DNA of 63,339 bases, the filler included, from Folioceros fuciformis (Eukaryota), in NCBI GenBank assembly GCA_049999805.1. It is 5 parts of 4 records of this genome, joined end to end, with 100 filler letters (N's around TTAATTAATTAA, not from the genome) between each part and the next. Parts side by side here need not be neighbours in the genome. Positions count along the whole stretch, not along the records: positions 1 to 7,631 come from JBNGIO010006374.1; positions 7,732 to 33,492 come from JBNGIO010006379.1; 3 more parts are not named here. One strand, given 5' to 3'. Shown here piece after piece: positions 1 through 11,125 of this stretch. The notes under the pieces are model-generated. The model did not search any database. It was not told where the DNA came from and saw only the letters and a program-made list of their open reading frames with translations. The position numbers and the translations under genes are program-made. Position 1 is the stretch's first letter. Each line of letters opens with the position of its first letter.

Positions 1-406
1 CTCAATCAACTCTCCTTGATTCTCTGATTTTATAAGGATTGCACCAATAAAATTGCCAATAAATTTAGAATCTCTTTCAATTGGATCTATAAATTTATCG
101 GAATTGTTATAATTTGATGCATTCTCCCTTGATGCAGCCTTCAATCTCCTCCTACTTCCTTGCCCCATGAGAAGGAGTCAAGAAAGTGATGCACAATTTG
201 TGCATCATAAAAATATGATGTTGAGCATAATTGTAAAGTTGCCTCCAAGCCAAAATTCCATGCTGCAAAATTAGTAATGCACAAAAGAATTCATGCCTAA
301 ATAAGAGGCAAACAAGGTGCTCAAGCATCTAGAGCCGAAGCTCTGATACCATGATGAGAATCACGCACAAACGCACTTGCAAAAGAGTCTTGTAGAGTTG
401 CATTAC
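1..406. repeat. Direct repeat of 7226-7631 (offset 7225)
   Basis: The two sequences read identical by eye. Confidence 0.95.
340..351 (-). promoter_or_regulatory. Primer binding site (tRNA-iMet) of a following copy of the element
   Basis: gctctgatacca, which reads TGGTATCAGAGC on the minus strand, directly abuts the LTR. Confidence 0.9.
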
Positions 407-633
407 ATAATAGAGAATATAAGAGTGTTTAAATAGTAGGTAGAGTCGGTGGTTACAACCATAAGTTGTTGTAACTATAAGTGGTTATAACCATAAGTGG
501 TTATAACAACTAACTACCTAAATAACCACCTAAATAACCACCTAAAGAAAACTACTTAGTGCCCTAGGCATATAATAATCATTAAGTAAAGGTGCCCTAG
601 TGAATAGTGCCCTATACCTAATATATTTCATCA
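352..633 (-). repeat. LTR of about 282 bp with TGATGA...TCATCA termini and short internal tandem repeats
   Basis: Begins tgatgagaat and ends atatttcatca; bordered by a PBS on one side and a PPT on the other; internal repeats ccataagtggttataa and ctaaataaccac. Confidence 0.88.
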
Positions 634-643
634 CTCCCACTCA
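634..643 (-). promoter_or_regulatory. Polypurine tract
   Basis: ctcccactca, which reads TGAGTGGGAG on the minus strand immediately before the LTR TG. Confidence 0.75.
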
Positions 644-2452
644 CTGTGAACTAGGGGTGACAAATTAGAGAATTTTTCTAGCTTCAAAATGAGCCAAAAT
701 AGGCCTAAAACTGAAGACTAGTTTTAAGTAACTTAACCCAAAAGCAATAAGTTAAAAACTTGAGGAGGCTATGAAAAATCTCAAGAAAAAGAAAAGAAAA
801 TGAGAACACCTGTATCCCGTCTTCTAATTACGCATGGGTAATTACCGTTAATTAAGCAAAAGGTAAACCCAAGGTAAATACCTTATCCGCATGTCCCGCG
901 CATGAAACATGCGGTTACAGGGGGTAACCCCCCATCATCCAACCGCATGAGCGCCTTACACCGCCATCAGCCCGTGACGCGCAAACACTCAGAAAAAACC
1001 GCATCTGAACACCTGCTGATCAATCTGCCTGATCTCCCGCGAGAATTCCTGGTGCATCTGCTAGCATGGTGATCGCGACGCGTCGTGGGCTACTTCAGCA
1101 CCGCGCGCGCCTTCCACTTCTCATGCCGCCGCGTCCAGCAAAACAGAACAACACCAGGCAGGCGGAATAGAAGAAATCTCGGTTGCTTCTGCACAAAACA
1201 GACAATCTATCTGCAGCCTGCTCTTGTCACCATCGCGGCGCGTGTCGCCCCTGCAGTCCATGCACAGATTCGCGCTCCAGCTGCCAACACGCCCAGCCGC
1301 GCTTCAGCAGTGAAGATGCCCAGCAATGCTCCTGCAGCCTGCATACCCAAACGCGCTCCTGCAGCCACAAACTGGACCCATTTGCTCGCAATCCAGGGCT
1401 GCCTCAACCGCGCATCAGCAAAGGGAAGATCTCTCAGGCTAGGGACAAACGTGGGCGTTTTTCTGTTGCCATCACGGCCTCAGGAAGTGAAGAAGCTCTC
1501 GAAATTGTTGAAGCATCACCCATGGGTGAAAAATCATCCATGGCCGGAAGCATAACACCTGCAGCCACTGATCCAACACGCCTGGAGAAGAGGAAGAGAG
1601 CCCATGCGCCTGCTACAGCCAAGGAGGCAGACACGTTTCAGGTGAGAAAAGCTGCTAAAGTTCCTGATTGCCTGAAACTGAGATTCTGCCAAAACTGCTG
1701 GTCGATAAACGAGGCACCAAAATCGTCTTCATAGAGCTATCATCCTCGACCGAAGAAACCGGTCATGATACTTGGGAGGAGTCCAACAGAGGAACACCTA
1801 CAACAAAAGGTTCCTTACACTTTCCCTGTTGCCAACTTGTTTTTTTTTTTTTTTTTTACCACAATTGTGCTGCTGACAGTCCTCCATAAATGCAGGTGCT
1901 AATAACGATGTAGATGAAAAGGGCAAGTCGCCTGACATCATCAGTAATGAAGAACAAACACATGCTTCACCATACGCCAATTCTTCAGATCCTGAGCAAT
2001 ACTGCGAAGGCAGTCCTAGCTAGAGAGGACGTTGTCTGCAAACTGAGCTTTACGACAACCCGCAAGATGCCATGAAGTTCCACAAGTTTGCTGATGGTAT
2101 GCTCGGCTGTGGAGTCCCTTAGCCTAAAAGCATAACCTAATGGGAAGATGGGAGTACATCTGGTGTGGCTGGGCTGTGTCCCATGTAATGAATTCGAGGG
2201 TCATACTAAACACATCTATAGTAAGTGCCCTGAATAACTTGAACAATTAATGTTAGTTATTAATGTTTATTAAATATTTTAATCGATCCTTGATTCCATG
2301 GTTTAGGATCTGCTTGGACACTAGGTGAGGATGTTGGTGAATATTATGAGGACCATTTAGAAATTGAAGAGGAAATAGAATATGTAGTTAAGAAATGGGC
2401 TTAAAGAAATAAGGTTAACTTAATCGGCCCAGATAGCTGCTGATCTTCTTGG

Positions 2453-5400
2453 TTAGGTTGGTATTGACTTGGTATCTAATATACCTAAGGTCTTCATATG
2501 TTTAATATGTAATTCCCGACCAAGGGACTTTGTGAATAAATCAGCTGCATTATCCTGAGTTTGAATATAACTAATATCAATAGTTTTATTTCCCAATGTT
2601 TCTCTAATGTAATGGTATTCGACAGCTATGTGTTTAGTCCTAGAATGGAAAACAGGATTTCTGGCTAATGCTATGGCTCCTTGACTATCACTGTATAGAG
2701 GTGTAGGGTTGTCTTGTGTGTGATTGAGCTCACTTAAGGCTAACCTACTCCATACAATATCCTTGGCAACTGAGGTTAGTACTCTATACTCTGACTCAGT
2801 GCTTGAAAGGGCAATGGTCGTTTGTTTCTTACTTGACCATGATATGGGAGCTTTGCATAGCATAAGTACATAGCCAGATACTGATCGCCGTGTGTCGGGA
2901 TCACCAGCATAGTCGGCATCAGCATATGCCGTTAATATTGGTTTGTTCATACTTGGTGTATGTTGATAAACTAATCCTGTATTCATTGTACCCTTAAGGT
3001 ACCTAAATATACGTTTGACAGATGCCCAATGTTCACGACCAGGATTCTCCAAAAATTGTGAACAAGCACTAACTTCAAAAGCTATATCAGGCCTAGTGAA
3101 GTTGCTCAAATATATAAGTGTGCCAACAGCATGTCGATAAGGAACTGCTGACATCTGTAACTTGTCTGCATCTGTTTTAGGACTCATTTCCAACGTGAGT
3201 CGTATCCCACTAGCAAAAGGAGTGGGAGCAGGTTTAGCGTCTTCTAATCCAAATTTGATTAAGCTTTCCTTAATATATTTTGTTTGAAAAACGCTTAAAG
3301 TCTTACGGCTTCTATCTCTCATAATATTAACACCAAGTGCGTAAGTCAGCTCTCCAAGATCAGTCATTTCAAAATGACTTCTTAACCAAGCTTTAATCTC
3401 GGCTAGGAGAGAGGATGAAGAGGAAGCCATAAATACGTCGTCGACGTAGAGTAAGAGGTAAATTATCTCTTTTCCAGAGATTAAGATATACATGCAAGAA
3501 TCTGCCTTGCTTTGTCTAAAACCTCGTTTAATAAGCTTAATATGTATTACGGTGTTCCATTCCTTACCGGATTGCTTCAATCCGTAGATACATTTAATAA
3601 GCTTACACACCAAATCTTCTTTGCCTTTAACCTCATAACCCTCAGGTTGTTTCATGTATATTTCTTCTTGTAGATGCCCATGTAAATATGCTGTCTTTAC
3701 ATCCATCATATGGAGTTCAAGATCATACTGGGCAGATAAGGCAAATATCATTCGAAGGCTAGCAAATTTGGCTACAGGGGCATAAGTGGCCCAAGGTACG
3801 TAGTCTAGGCCAGGAATTTGTGTAAAGCCTCTGGCTACTAGACGTGCCTTATATCTTTCAATGGAACCATCTCCTTTTCTCTTGATTTTAAATACCCATT
3901 TGCTTGTCACTATCTTCCTCCCCTTAGGGGGTTTGACCAGTTCCCATGTAGAATTCTTGATCAAGGAGTCATATTCAGAATCTACTGCTGCCTTCCATAA
4001 GTCCTTTTCAGGGGATGAGAAGGCTTGTTTGAGAGTAGTGGGTTCTTCTGGGTCAATAGTTGCCTGATATACGGCTTCGGAAGTAGCTAGGTATCCCAAA
4101 GGAGGCTCCTTCCAACCTGCAGGACCAGGGATGGTTGGTCTGGTTCTGAGATTGTACCTTTGTGCAGGTTGCTCGTCTTCTACGTCTTCAAGAAGGGTTG
4201 ATTCCTGAGGAGGGTCCTCAACTAAATATTCAGGGTCACACTCAGGTTCGTCCGGATCATCAGGAATATCCTCAAAATGTTGAGGTTCCTCGGTATCTAA
4301 TGAAGGTGAGTCGGGACGTAAGAAGGGGGCTAACTCCTCCTCCTCCTGCATAATAGGTCCATCGGAAGGGACACGGAGAGCAGGAACAGGGAAGTCCATA
4401 ATGTAGTCACTAGTATCAAAAGAAGAACATTCAGGCTCCGCATCAGTAGATGAAGGATGGGGAGGCATTAGATCTCCCACTGAAGGACAAAATAGGGAAT
4501 GTTCATGAAAAGTGACGCTGCGAGCATAAAGAAGCTTTTTGGTGGAAGGATCAAATAATTTATAGCCCTTGATTCCTTCCGTATAACCAATAAAAGTATA
4601 TCTGGCCGCTTTCGGATCTAACTTCTTACGCAATGCTTTAGGAATAAAGACATATGCCGGAGATCCAAAAATGCGGAGATGATCAATAGAAGGCTTCTTG
4701 CCAGTAAAGGCTTCGTAAGGTGTCATACCTTGGACTGCAGAAGTGGGCAGTCGATTCATGAGATATGTGGCTGTGAGGAGTGCCTCAGCCCAATATACTT
4801 TGGGTAAATTTGCTTGGGTTAACAAGCAGCCAGTGATCTCTTGAAGGCGCAGATTTTTATTTTCAGCTACGCCATTTTGTTGAGGAGTGTATACAACAGT
4901 GAGTTGTTGAGCTATACCTTGAGCTCGGCAAAAGTCCTCAAACTGTTTAGAAGTAAACTCGCCACCATTGTCGGAACGTAAGGTCTTGAGTTTCTTCTCT
5001 GTCAATCTCTCCGCCCAGGCCATATAGTCCTTGAAGAAATGATAAGTATCACCCTTGTGATTAAGGATATAGGTGAGTGTAAAGCGGGAGTAGTCGTCGA
5101 TGAAGGTCAAAAAATATCTGCTACCACTGAAAGAAGGTGTAGAGATAGGGCCACAAATGTCTGTATGAACAAGCTCTAGAGGAGATGTCGCCCTCTGTGG
5201 AGAGATGTTCTGGAAAGGGGCTTGATGTCTTTTGGTAATGACACAAGTCTCACACCATGGAAGGTGTTGAATTTGAGAAAGGCAGGGTGTGCGGTATAGA
5301 TTTCCTACCTTAGACATTTGTACTAATTTTTGGCTGTTAGGATGACCGAGACGACAATGCCACAACATGGTATGGCTGGGTGGTGCAGAATTGGGGGACG

Positions 5401-6838
5401 CGACATTGATGGAATGTGTGGGACCCACTTGAGCTGAAAGTTTGTATAGCCCATCTTCTAGTATGCCTATGCAGATGGCATGTGACTTATTGGAGGTGTA
5501 TGAAATAAGACAACTATCTGCATAAAGTGTGACTTGCATAGTATGTGCATGACATAAACTAGCGGCAGAGACTAGATTTTTACACATGGCTGGTACATGA
5601 AGGACATGACGTAAGTGAAGAGTCTGACCTGTGGAACATCTGAGGACAACTGAACCTGCACCAGCTATTGGGAGGTTGTGATCATCACCCAAGAGGACAG
5701 TTTGGTGTCCTGTGGTTGGGGAATATGACTCAAAGGAGTCTTTGTCATGACAGATGTGTGAGGTAGCTCCACTATCAAGGTACCAGAATTGATTTGTAGA
5801 CTGGGAGGATGCCAGGCATACTGTAAGGGCAGAAGGAGTTGAAGAGGATGGTTTCTTCACAGCAACATGTGCGCCAGGTGAGGCCTCTTTCCTAGGCTCA
5901 CCATTTTTCTTCCTTCTGCAGTCCTTCTCCATGTGATTTGGGATTCTGCACCAATTGCAAATAATTCCAGTCTTCTTATTACCTCTTGCAGGTGTAGAAG
6001 AAGACGGAGAAGCTCCACTGTAGAAGCTGGATGAAGTGGCAGGCTTAGTGGAAGGAGGTTCGTTTGCGCGGCCTCGACCGCGACCCCTTCCTCTGCCTCT
6101 TCCTGTGTACATCACTTGCTGCCGGCTAGTTCGTGAGTCTTGACGTCGACTGGACTCCTCCTGTATCAATGCTCCGATCAACTCATTTATACTTATGTCC
6201 AAGGTATCATGCTTGTCCATATTTTTCTGGGCTGTTCTCAATACAGCATTTTGAGTTGTCACAAATGATCTATAGGAGGATGGAAGAGAGGATAATAATG
6301 CAACAAAGCATGTTAACTCGGAGAGCTTGGAGTTGGAAGCAGCTTCAAGTTGGGATCTTGCCATTCGAAAAGCACTAATATGGTGTTCAATGGTGTCAGA
6401 TTCCCTCATCTTAAGGTTGTGGAAGTTACGGGTAGCAGTCATCAGACTCATAACATCCTTGGAGGAGTATAATTGTGCGAGGTGATCCCACATTTCCTTG
6501 GAGGATCCTGCCTCGCTGATTTGCCGTACCATATGGAGAGAGAGACCACTGATAATCATATCCTGGGCTCTCTCATCCTTCGCATCCCAGGTGCGTTTTT
6601 CGTCAGCACCCCATACTGGGCGCTCTAAGGCTCCGCTGACAATATCCCATAGGTCACGGTTACGCAATACTCCCCTCATTCGCAGGCGCCAGACGTCGTA
6701 GTCCTTGCCATTGAATCTGTCCTTTTCTTTGAAGCTGTCTCCATAATTATTGACAACCATTGATTTGGTCTCAATGGGGTCCTTGTTGATGTTGACTTCT
6801 TCGTCAAGTTGCTCTCCCTCATCTTCCCGACTAGCCAT
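2453..6838 (-). CDS. Copia Gag-Pol polyprotein, 1461 aa
   Basis: Zinc knuckle CNWCRIPNHMEKDC; protease WYLDSGAT; GAG-pre-integrase LWHCRLGH; integrase LRSDNGGEF/PQQNGVAE; RT YKARLVARG, LLYVDD; RNase H YADADYAG, SDSQGA, ADLFTK. No stops. Confidence 0.97.
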   Translation of the reverse strand: MASREDEGEQLDEEVNINKDPIETKSMVVNNYGDSFKEKDRFNGKDYDVWRLRMRGVLRNRDLWDIVSGALERPVWGADEKRTWDAKDERAQDMIISGLSLHMVRQISEAGSSKEMWDHLAQLYSSKDVMSLMTATRNFHNLKMRESDTIEHHISAFRMARSQLEAASNSKLSELTCFVALLSSLPSSYRSFVTTQNAVLRTAQKNMDKHDTLDISINELIGALIQEESSRRQDSRTSRQQVMYTGRGRGRGRGRGRANEPPSTKPATSSSFYSGASPSSSTPARGNKKTGIICNWCRIPNHMEKDCRRKKNGEPRKEASPGAHVAVKKPSSSTPSALTVCLASSQSTNQFWYLDSGATSHICHDKDSFESYSPTTGHQTVLLGDDHNLPIAGAGSVVLRCSTGQTLHLRHVLHVPAMCKNLVSAASLCHAHTMQVTLYADSCLISYTSNKSHAICIGILEDGLYKLSAQVGPTHSINVASPNSAPPSHTMLWHCRLGHPNSQKLVQMSKVGNLYRTPCLSQIQHLPWCETCVITKRHQAPFQNISPQRATSPLELVHTDICGPISTPSFSGSRYFLTFIDDYSRFTLTYILNHKGDTYHFFKDYMAWAERLTEKKLKTLRSDNGGEFTSKQFEDFCRAQGIAQQLTVVYTPQQNGVAENKNLRLQEITGCLLTQANLPKVYWAEALLTATYLMNRLPTSAVQGMTPYEAFTGKKPSIDHLRIFGSPAYVFIPKALRKKLDPKAARYTFIGYTEGIKGYKLFDPSTKKLLYARSVTFHEHSLFCPSVGDLMPPHPSSTDAEPECSSFDTSDYIMDFPVPALRVPSDGPIMQEEEELAPFLRPDSPSLDTEEPQHFEDIPDDPDEPECDPEYLVEDPPQESTLLEDVEDEQPAQRYNLRTRPTIPGPAGWKEPPLGYLATSEAVYQATIDPEEPTTLKQAFSSPEKDLWKAAVDSEYDSLIKNSTWELVKPPKGRKIVTSKWVFKIKRKGDGSIERYKARLVARGFTQIPGLDYVPWATYAPVAKFASLRMIFALSAQYDLELHMMDVKTAYLHGHLQEEIYMKQPEGYEVKGKEDLVCKLIKCIYGLKQSGKEWNTVIHIKLIKRGFRQSKADSCMYILISGKEIIYLLLYVDDVFMASSSSSLLAEIKAWLRSHFEMTDLGELTYALGVNIMRDRSRKTLSVFQTKYIKESLIKFGLEDAKPAPTPFASGIRLTLEMSPKTDADKLQMSAVPYRHAVGTLIYLSNFTRPDIAFEVSACSQFLENPGREHWASVKRIFRYLKGTMNTGLVYQHTPSMNKPILTAYADADYAGDPDTRRSVSGYVLMLCKAPISWSSKKQTTIALSSTESEYRVLTSVAKDIVWSRLALSELNHTQDNPTPLYSDSQGAIALARNPVFHSRTKHIAVEYHYIRETLGNKTIDISYIQTQDNAADLFTKSLGRELHIKHMKTLGILDTKSIPT

Positions 6839-6850
6839 GGCAGGTGATGT

Positions 6851-7393
6851 TTAAAGACCACGACTACGTCGTGTGCGTGCTGTCTTGGAGGAGATTTCAC
6901 CAGACGATGCTCCAATCATATCAAAAACAGAATCTGCAAGCAAAAATGTGAATTTCTGCAGGGAACTTTTAGACATTTTAGTATCTAAGTCTTCAATGCA
7001 TCCAGCTAAATGATTGAAGGCACGAGCCAAAGACGACAATTGTCTACTTATGACATCATGTCTAAGTTCTGAATCTATTTTGATAGATTTAAGGAGAGGC
7101 TGCAGAGAATCCGTGCTACTAATCACAACAGGACCAGCATGTAGATTAGGAATGTGTTGGAGTGCTAAAACTAGAGATTCTACTTGTGATAAACTAAAAC
7201 AAGTAAGTAAATCTCTCTTAGCCACCTCAATCAACTCTCCTTGATTCTCTGATTTTATAAGGATTGCACCAATAAAATTGCCAATAAATTTAGAATCTCT
7301 TTCAATTGGATCTATAAATTTATCGGAATTGTTATAATTTGATGCATTCTCCCTTGATGCAGCCTTCAATCTCCTCCTACTTCCTTGCCCCAT
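6851..7393 (-). CDS. Extra 180-aa ORF between the PBS and gag-pol, function unknown
   Basis: ATG-initiated open frame in AT-rich DNA; ends 12 nt before, and in frame with, the gag-pol ATG. Confidence 0.6.
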   Translation of the reverse strand: MGQGSRRRLKAASRENASNYNNSDKFIDPIERDSKFIGNFIGAILIKSENQGELIEVAKRDLLTCFSLSQVESLVLALQHIPNLHAGPVVISSTDSLQPLLKSIKIDSELRHDVISRQLSSLARAFNHLAGCIEDLDTKMSKSSLQKFTFLLADSVFDMIGASSGEISSKTARTRRSRGL

Positions 7394-7564
7394 GAGAAGG
7401 AGTCAAGAAAGTGATGCACAATTTGTGCATCATAAAAATATGATGTTGAGCATAATTGTAAAGTTGCCTCCAAGCCAAAATTCCATGCTGCAAAATTAGT
7501 AATGCACAAAAGAATTCATGCCTAAATAAGAGGCAAACAAGGTGCTCAAGCATCTAGAGCCGAA

Positions 7565-7576
7565 GCTCTGATACCA
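7565..7576 (-). promoter_or_regulatory. Primer binding site (tRNA-iMet)
   Basis: gctctgatacca adjacent to the LTR at 7577. Confidence 0.92.
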
Positions 7577-7631
7577 TGATGAGAATCACGCACAAACGCA
7601 CTTGCAAAAGAGTCTTGTAGAGTTGCATTAC

Positions 7632-7731
7632 NNNNNNNNNNNNNNNNNNNNNNNNNNNNNNNNNNNNNNNNNNNNTTAATTAATTAANNNNNNNNNNNNN
7701 NNNNNNNNNNNNNNNNNNNNNNNNNNNNNNN
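7632..7731. other. Artificial contig spacer (N-TTAATTAATTAA-N)
   Basis: 100-nt N run with a six-frame stop linker at 7676-7687. Confidence 0.97.
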
Positions 7732-9530
7732 TTTGTTCGCTCCTTCTATGGTGCCCCATCTAATCTCTACTTTCAACATGGGCCCACGGCGAAGGAGGTC
7801 TCAGCGCTCGACTCGGCAGCAAGTACGCGCCAAGGGGATCCCCTAGGAGGGGCTCTCTTTGCTATGGTTCACTTCAAAGCCCTTTCAATTACCGCTTCTG
7901 CGGTAAGGGGTTGCCTCTTCCCATCTATGGCCGATGATACCCATCTCCTAGGTCCAGGGGATAAGGTTCTGAAAGCCTTTGAGCTTTTCTTGAAGGAGCT
8001 CTTATGCTTGGGCCTAAAAGTCAAGATTTCCAAGTGTAAGATTTGGTCTCCATTTGGTATTACTCCATCTCTACAATTTCCGGAGGGGAACATCGATTCT
8101 CCATTGGGGATCCACGTCCTAGGGGTTCTTGTTAGCCCCCCCCCCCCCCCTGACTTCATCCGCAAACTTGTGGATGCAGCTTTGACGCAGGATTTGGTGC
8201 ACATTGAGGACCTTCATAAGCTTGGCGACCCATGAGTGGCCTGCGGCATCCTCTTCACCTGCTTTGCGCGACCCCCCGGGTACCTCTTCCGCATGGTGCC
8301 TCTATCCCCAGATTTTCTTTCCAATCTGAGGGACTTTGACAAGAAGGTATTGAAGGAATTAGGGGACATTGTTGGCCCGGTTTCATTCGATTGTACTGTA
8401 GGTAATTTGTCTAGGAGACAGGCATCTCTACCCATTGCTTCGGGCGGCATTGGGCTACTAGCAATGGAGGCCTCACCGCCAGTTTCTTTTCTTGGTAGTT
8501 AGGCGCTCTTTGTCTCAGCTTTAGTGATTCACTTCTCCATCGGAAACTCAAGTGTTTTGGAGGGTTTTGTTACAAGAATTGAGGAGGGGCCATTCCCCCT
8601 CCATGAGTCCTTGAGGAGGGCCCGGGATCTCTTATCCTCACAAGCTCAATTGGTCATGCCTTCTTTTTCCTCCTTCCTTTGTGGGGGTATAAGGGGGCTT
8701 CAGGCCACCCTCATGGAAAAGCATTATGCACAAGAGTTGCAAGCCCTCATGCTAGATTCCTCCATTGACAAGTAGGCTCGGGCACGCTTTCGATCTTGTT
8801 CGGGGAAGGGCGCTGGCTCTTGGCTCGTTCATGCATCTAGGCTTTCTAAATCGCACCAGCTTCTTTCTCTACCGCAATGAGGTTCCACTTAGGCTTGGTC
8901 CAGCCGCTAGCCTGGTCTCTCTCGTCTTGTAGCTGTGGGGTCCCCCTTGACAACCCTTGGAGCCACTTGATGCGTTGACCTATCGGCGGGCAGCGCACGG
9001 CCACCTAAAATGCAGTGAGGGACGTTATGTTTTCTTTGGCTGAGGAGGGTGGCTTCTTCCCCTACAAGGAGCACCCATATACCTTGCTAAACAGCGTCTC
9101 CCTCATTGCAGACCTTTTCTTGACCAAGGGGGATCAGATTTCTATAGTGGATGTGGTTGTCACAGACCTCACTCGGACAACCATCAGCAAGCATGTCACT
9201 ATCAACCCCCCGGGTTGGGCAGCAGAAGGAAGCGCGACAAAGAAGACTTGCAGGTACAGGCCCATGCAGCAGGGTCACTTGTTCATCCCTCGTGCTATTG
9301 AAACGCATGGGGCCATGGGTAGGAATTTTTCTAGGTTTTTGAAGACATGCGCGAAGGCCCATCACGTCAAAAGGATCGGCGTAGCGCTTCCTCTATTCGG
9401 CGTTGTGGCATTTTTCCGGCAATGGGTTTCGATTGCAAAAGGCAGATTACAAAAGGCCTTGGCAAACACGATTTTTCAGACAGCATCAAGTGCGGCGGAT
9501 GTGGCTTCAGTGGCCCTGGTGGTAAGTAGG
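7732..9530 (+). mobile_element. Degenerate non-LTR retrotransposon with RT and a C-terminal restriction-like endonuclease (CRE-like)
   Basis: RQGDPLGGALF, MADDTHL (YADD box), RQASLPIASGGIGL, decayed CCHC (CSCG...HLMR*), NAVRD, IADL...DVVV, KKTCRY, FIPRAIETHGAMG; several stops and frameshifts. Confidence 0.85.
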
Positions 9531-10648
9531 TGTGGAGGAAAATATTGTGCCCGGGGGCATCGCGAGGTCCACACCAACCCTCTATGTCGTTGTAACCGTG
9601 GGATTCGCTCCCAAGGGAAAGATTTGTGCCAAGTAACACATGTTTCTTCTAAAATCGACTCTTACCTAGGCCAAGTCTTACCTACCCCTAGTTCCACTAC
9701 CTACAAGTTCAGCTACTACTACCCCTTAGTTAGTTTGGCTACCACAGACCCTACTCTACGGCTCCAGCCCCTACTCCACAACCAAGGTAGGGATCTCTAC
9801 AACCGTGGCCCCTCTATGACCGGTTGGGACCTCCACAACCGGTAGTGGATTCCACTACCGAGGTGGGTTCCACGACTGGTAGTGGGTTCTGCGGCTGTGG
9901 TGGGTCCCACCCAAAACCCTAACTAATTATATTCCGGCGCATGTGCCGCCGCGGGTTTCCACCACAGGTTTCTGCCCAGGGGCTTCCAAACTCATTGATC
10001 TGGGTTATTGGATGCTCCTCACATATGCAAGTGCTGATCCTTGGAGAACAAGACCCTGCGGATCAGCCACACCTCCACACACACATATGCAACACTCTCA
10101 ACACATGCAAAACACACAAGAGCTCTGGTTCACAATTATTCCTCACATTCTTGTCTTCAAATGTCTCCAATCCTCCAGCAATGTCCCCAAATCTCCAGCA
10201 AATCCTTCACAATCCTTCACAACCCCTCACAATCCCTCACAAGCTTCAACAATCTCCAACAGCCGCTCACAAACGCTTCGAAATCTCTCAGAAACTCTCC
10301 AGGATTCGCACCCAATCTTTAGCACTCTTCCTCAATTCTACAGTAACTTTTCAGTCGTTTTCTTCAGTTCTCCCGCAACCTCAGCAATCTTCCGGCGATT
10401 CCTCAGCGACCCTTCACATCTCTTTACAAGCTTCCACACTCTTCAACTGTTCTCCACAAACGTCCAGGAATTCCTCAGAAATCCTCTAGCAACCACGTGC
10501 AAGCCTCAGCAGTCTTTCTCAACCCTTCCAACAATTTCTCAGTGATTCTCTTCAATTCTCCAGTAATCTTGCAGCAATCTTCCAAGGTTCTTCTCAGTCT
10601 CTCAGCTCCCTCTTCCTCACCAAATTCAGAACGCAGCTGATGGTTCTG

Positions 10649-11125
10649 GGAATAAGGGAAGGAGAAACTCTCCTTCCACTCCACGCAGTGGGTGGATTCG
10701 TCCTCCTCTCCTCAGCTATGGACCACAATCAATCCTCACTCACTCCTTCTCTTCACTCACTCTTTCAGCCTCCTTCTCCTTCTCAACTCACTCACTCTTT
10801 CATCCACACTTCAGCTCCTCATCTTCTCACACACGCTCTTCAACTCCATATTCAAAACGTAGCCAACAGCTTAGGAAATAAGGGAAGGAGGCGCTCCTCT
10901 TCCACTCCGCGTAGCTGGCGGATTCGTCCCCCTCTCCTCAGCTAAAGGCCACAGTCAGCCGTTCAAGGAATAAGAGAAGGAGAGACTCTCCTTCCACTCT
11001 ACGCAACTGGCAGATTCGTCCCCCTCACTTTCCACTGCAGAACACAACTAGCGATTCAGGAAATAAGGGAAGGTGACCTTCCATTCAGCAGGGATTTACT
11101 GATTTGTCCCCCTCATCACCAGCTG
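10649..11125. repeat. Four diverged copies of an approximately 70-bp unit (ggaataagggaaggag...gattcgtcccc...cagct)
   Basis: Copies start near 10649, 10874, 10967 and 11059. Confidence 0.85.

Larger units (their letters stand above)
352..7631 (-). mobile_element. Ty1/copia LTR retrotransposon, apparently intact (3' LTR 352-633; 5' LTR from 7577, cut by the gap)
   Basis: Gag-PR-IN-RT-RH order in one 1461-aa ORF; PBS at 7565-7576; PPT at 634-643; 7577-7631 matches 352-406. Confidence 0.95.

Noticed and set aside
7676-7687. Recurrent TTAATTAATTAA palindrome (also in the spacers at 33.5, 50.4 and 58.6 kb)
   Set aside because: Six-frame stop linker embedded in N runs; an assembly artefact.
9941-10545. 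Overlapping 180-200 aa ORFs
   Set aside because: Low-complexity C/A/T-skewed repeat DNA depleted of stops; no protein features.
10649-11125. Spaced repeats resembling a CRISPR array
   Set aside because: Units are about 70 bp, diverged and irregularly spaced, inside LTR-like eukaryotic DNA with no cas genes.
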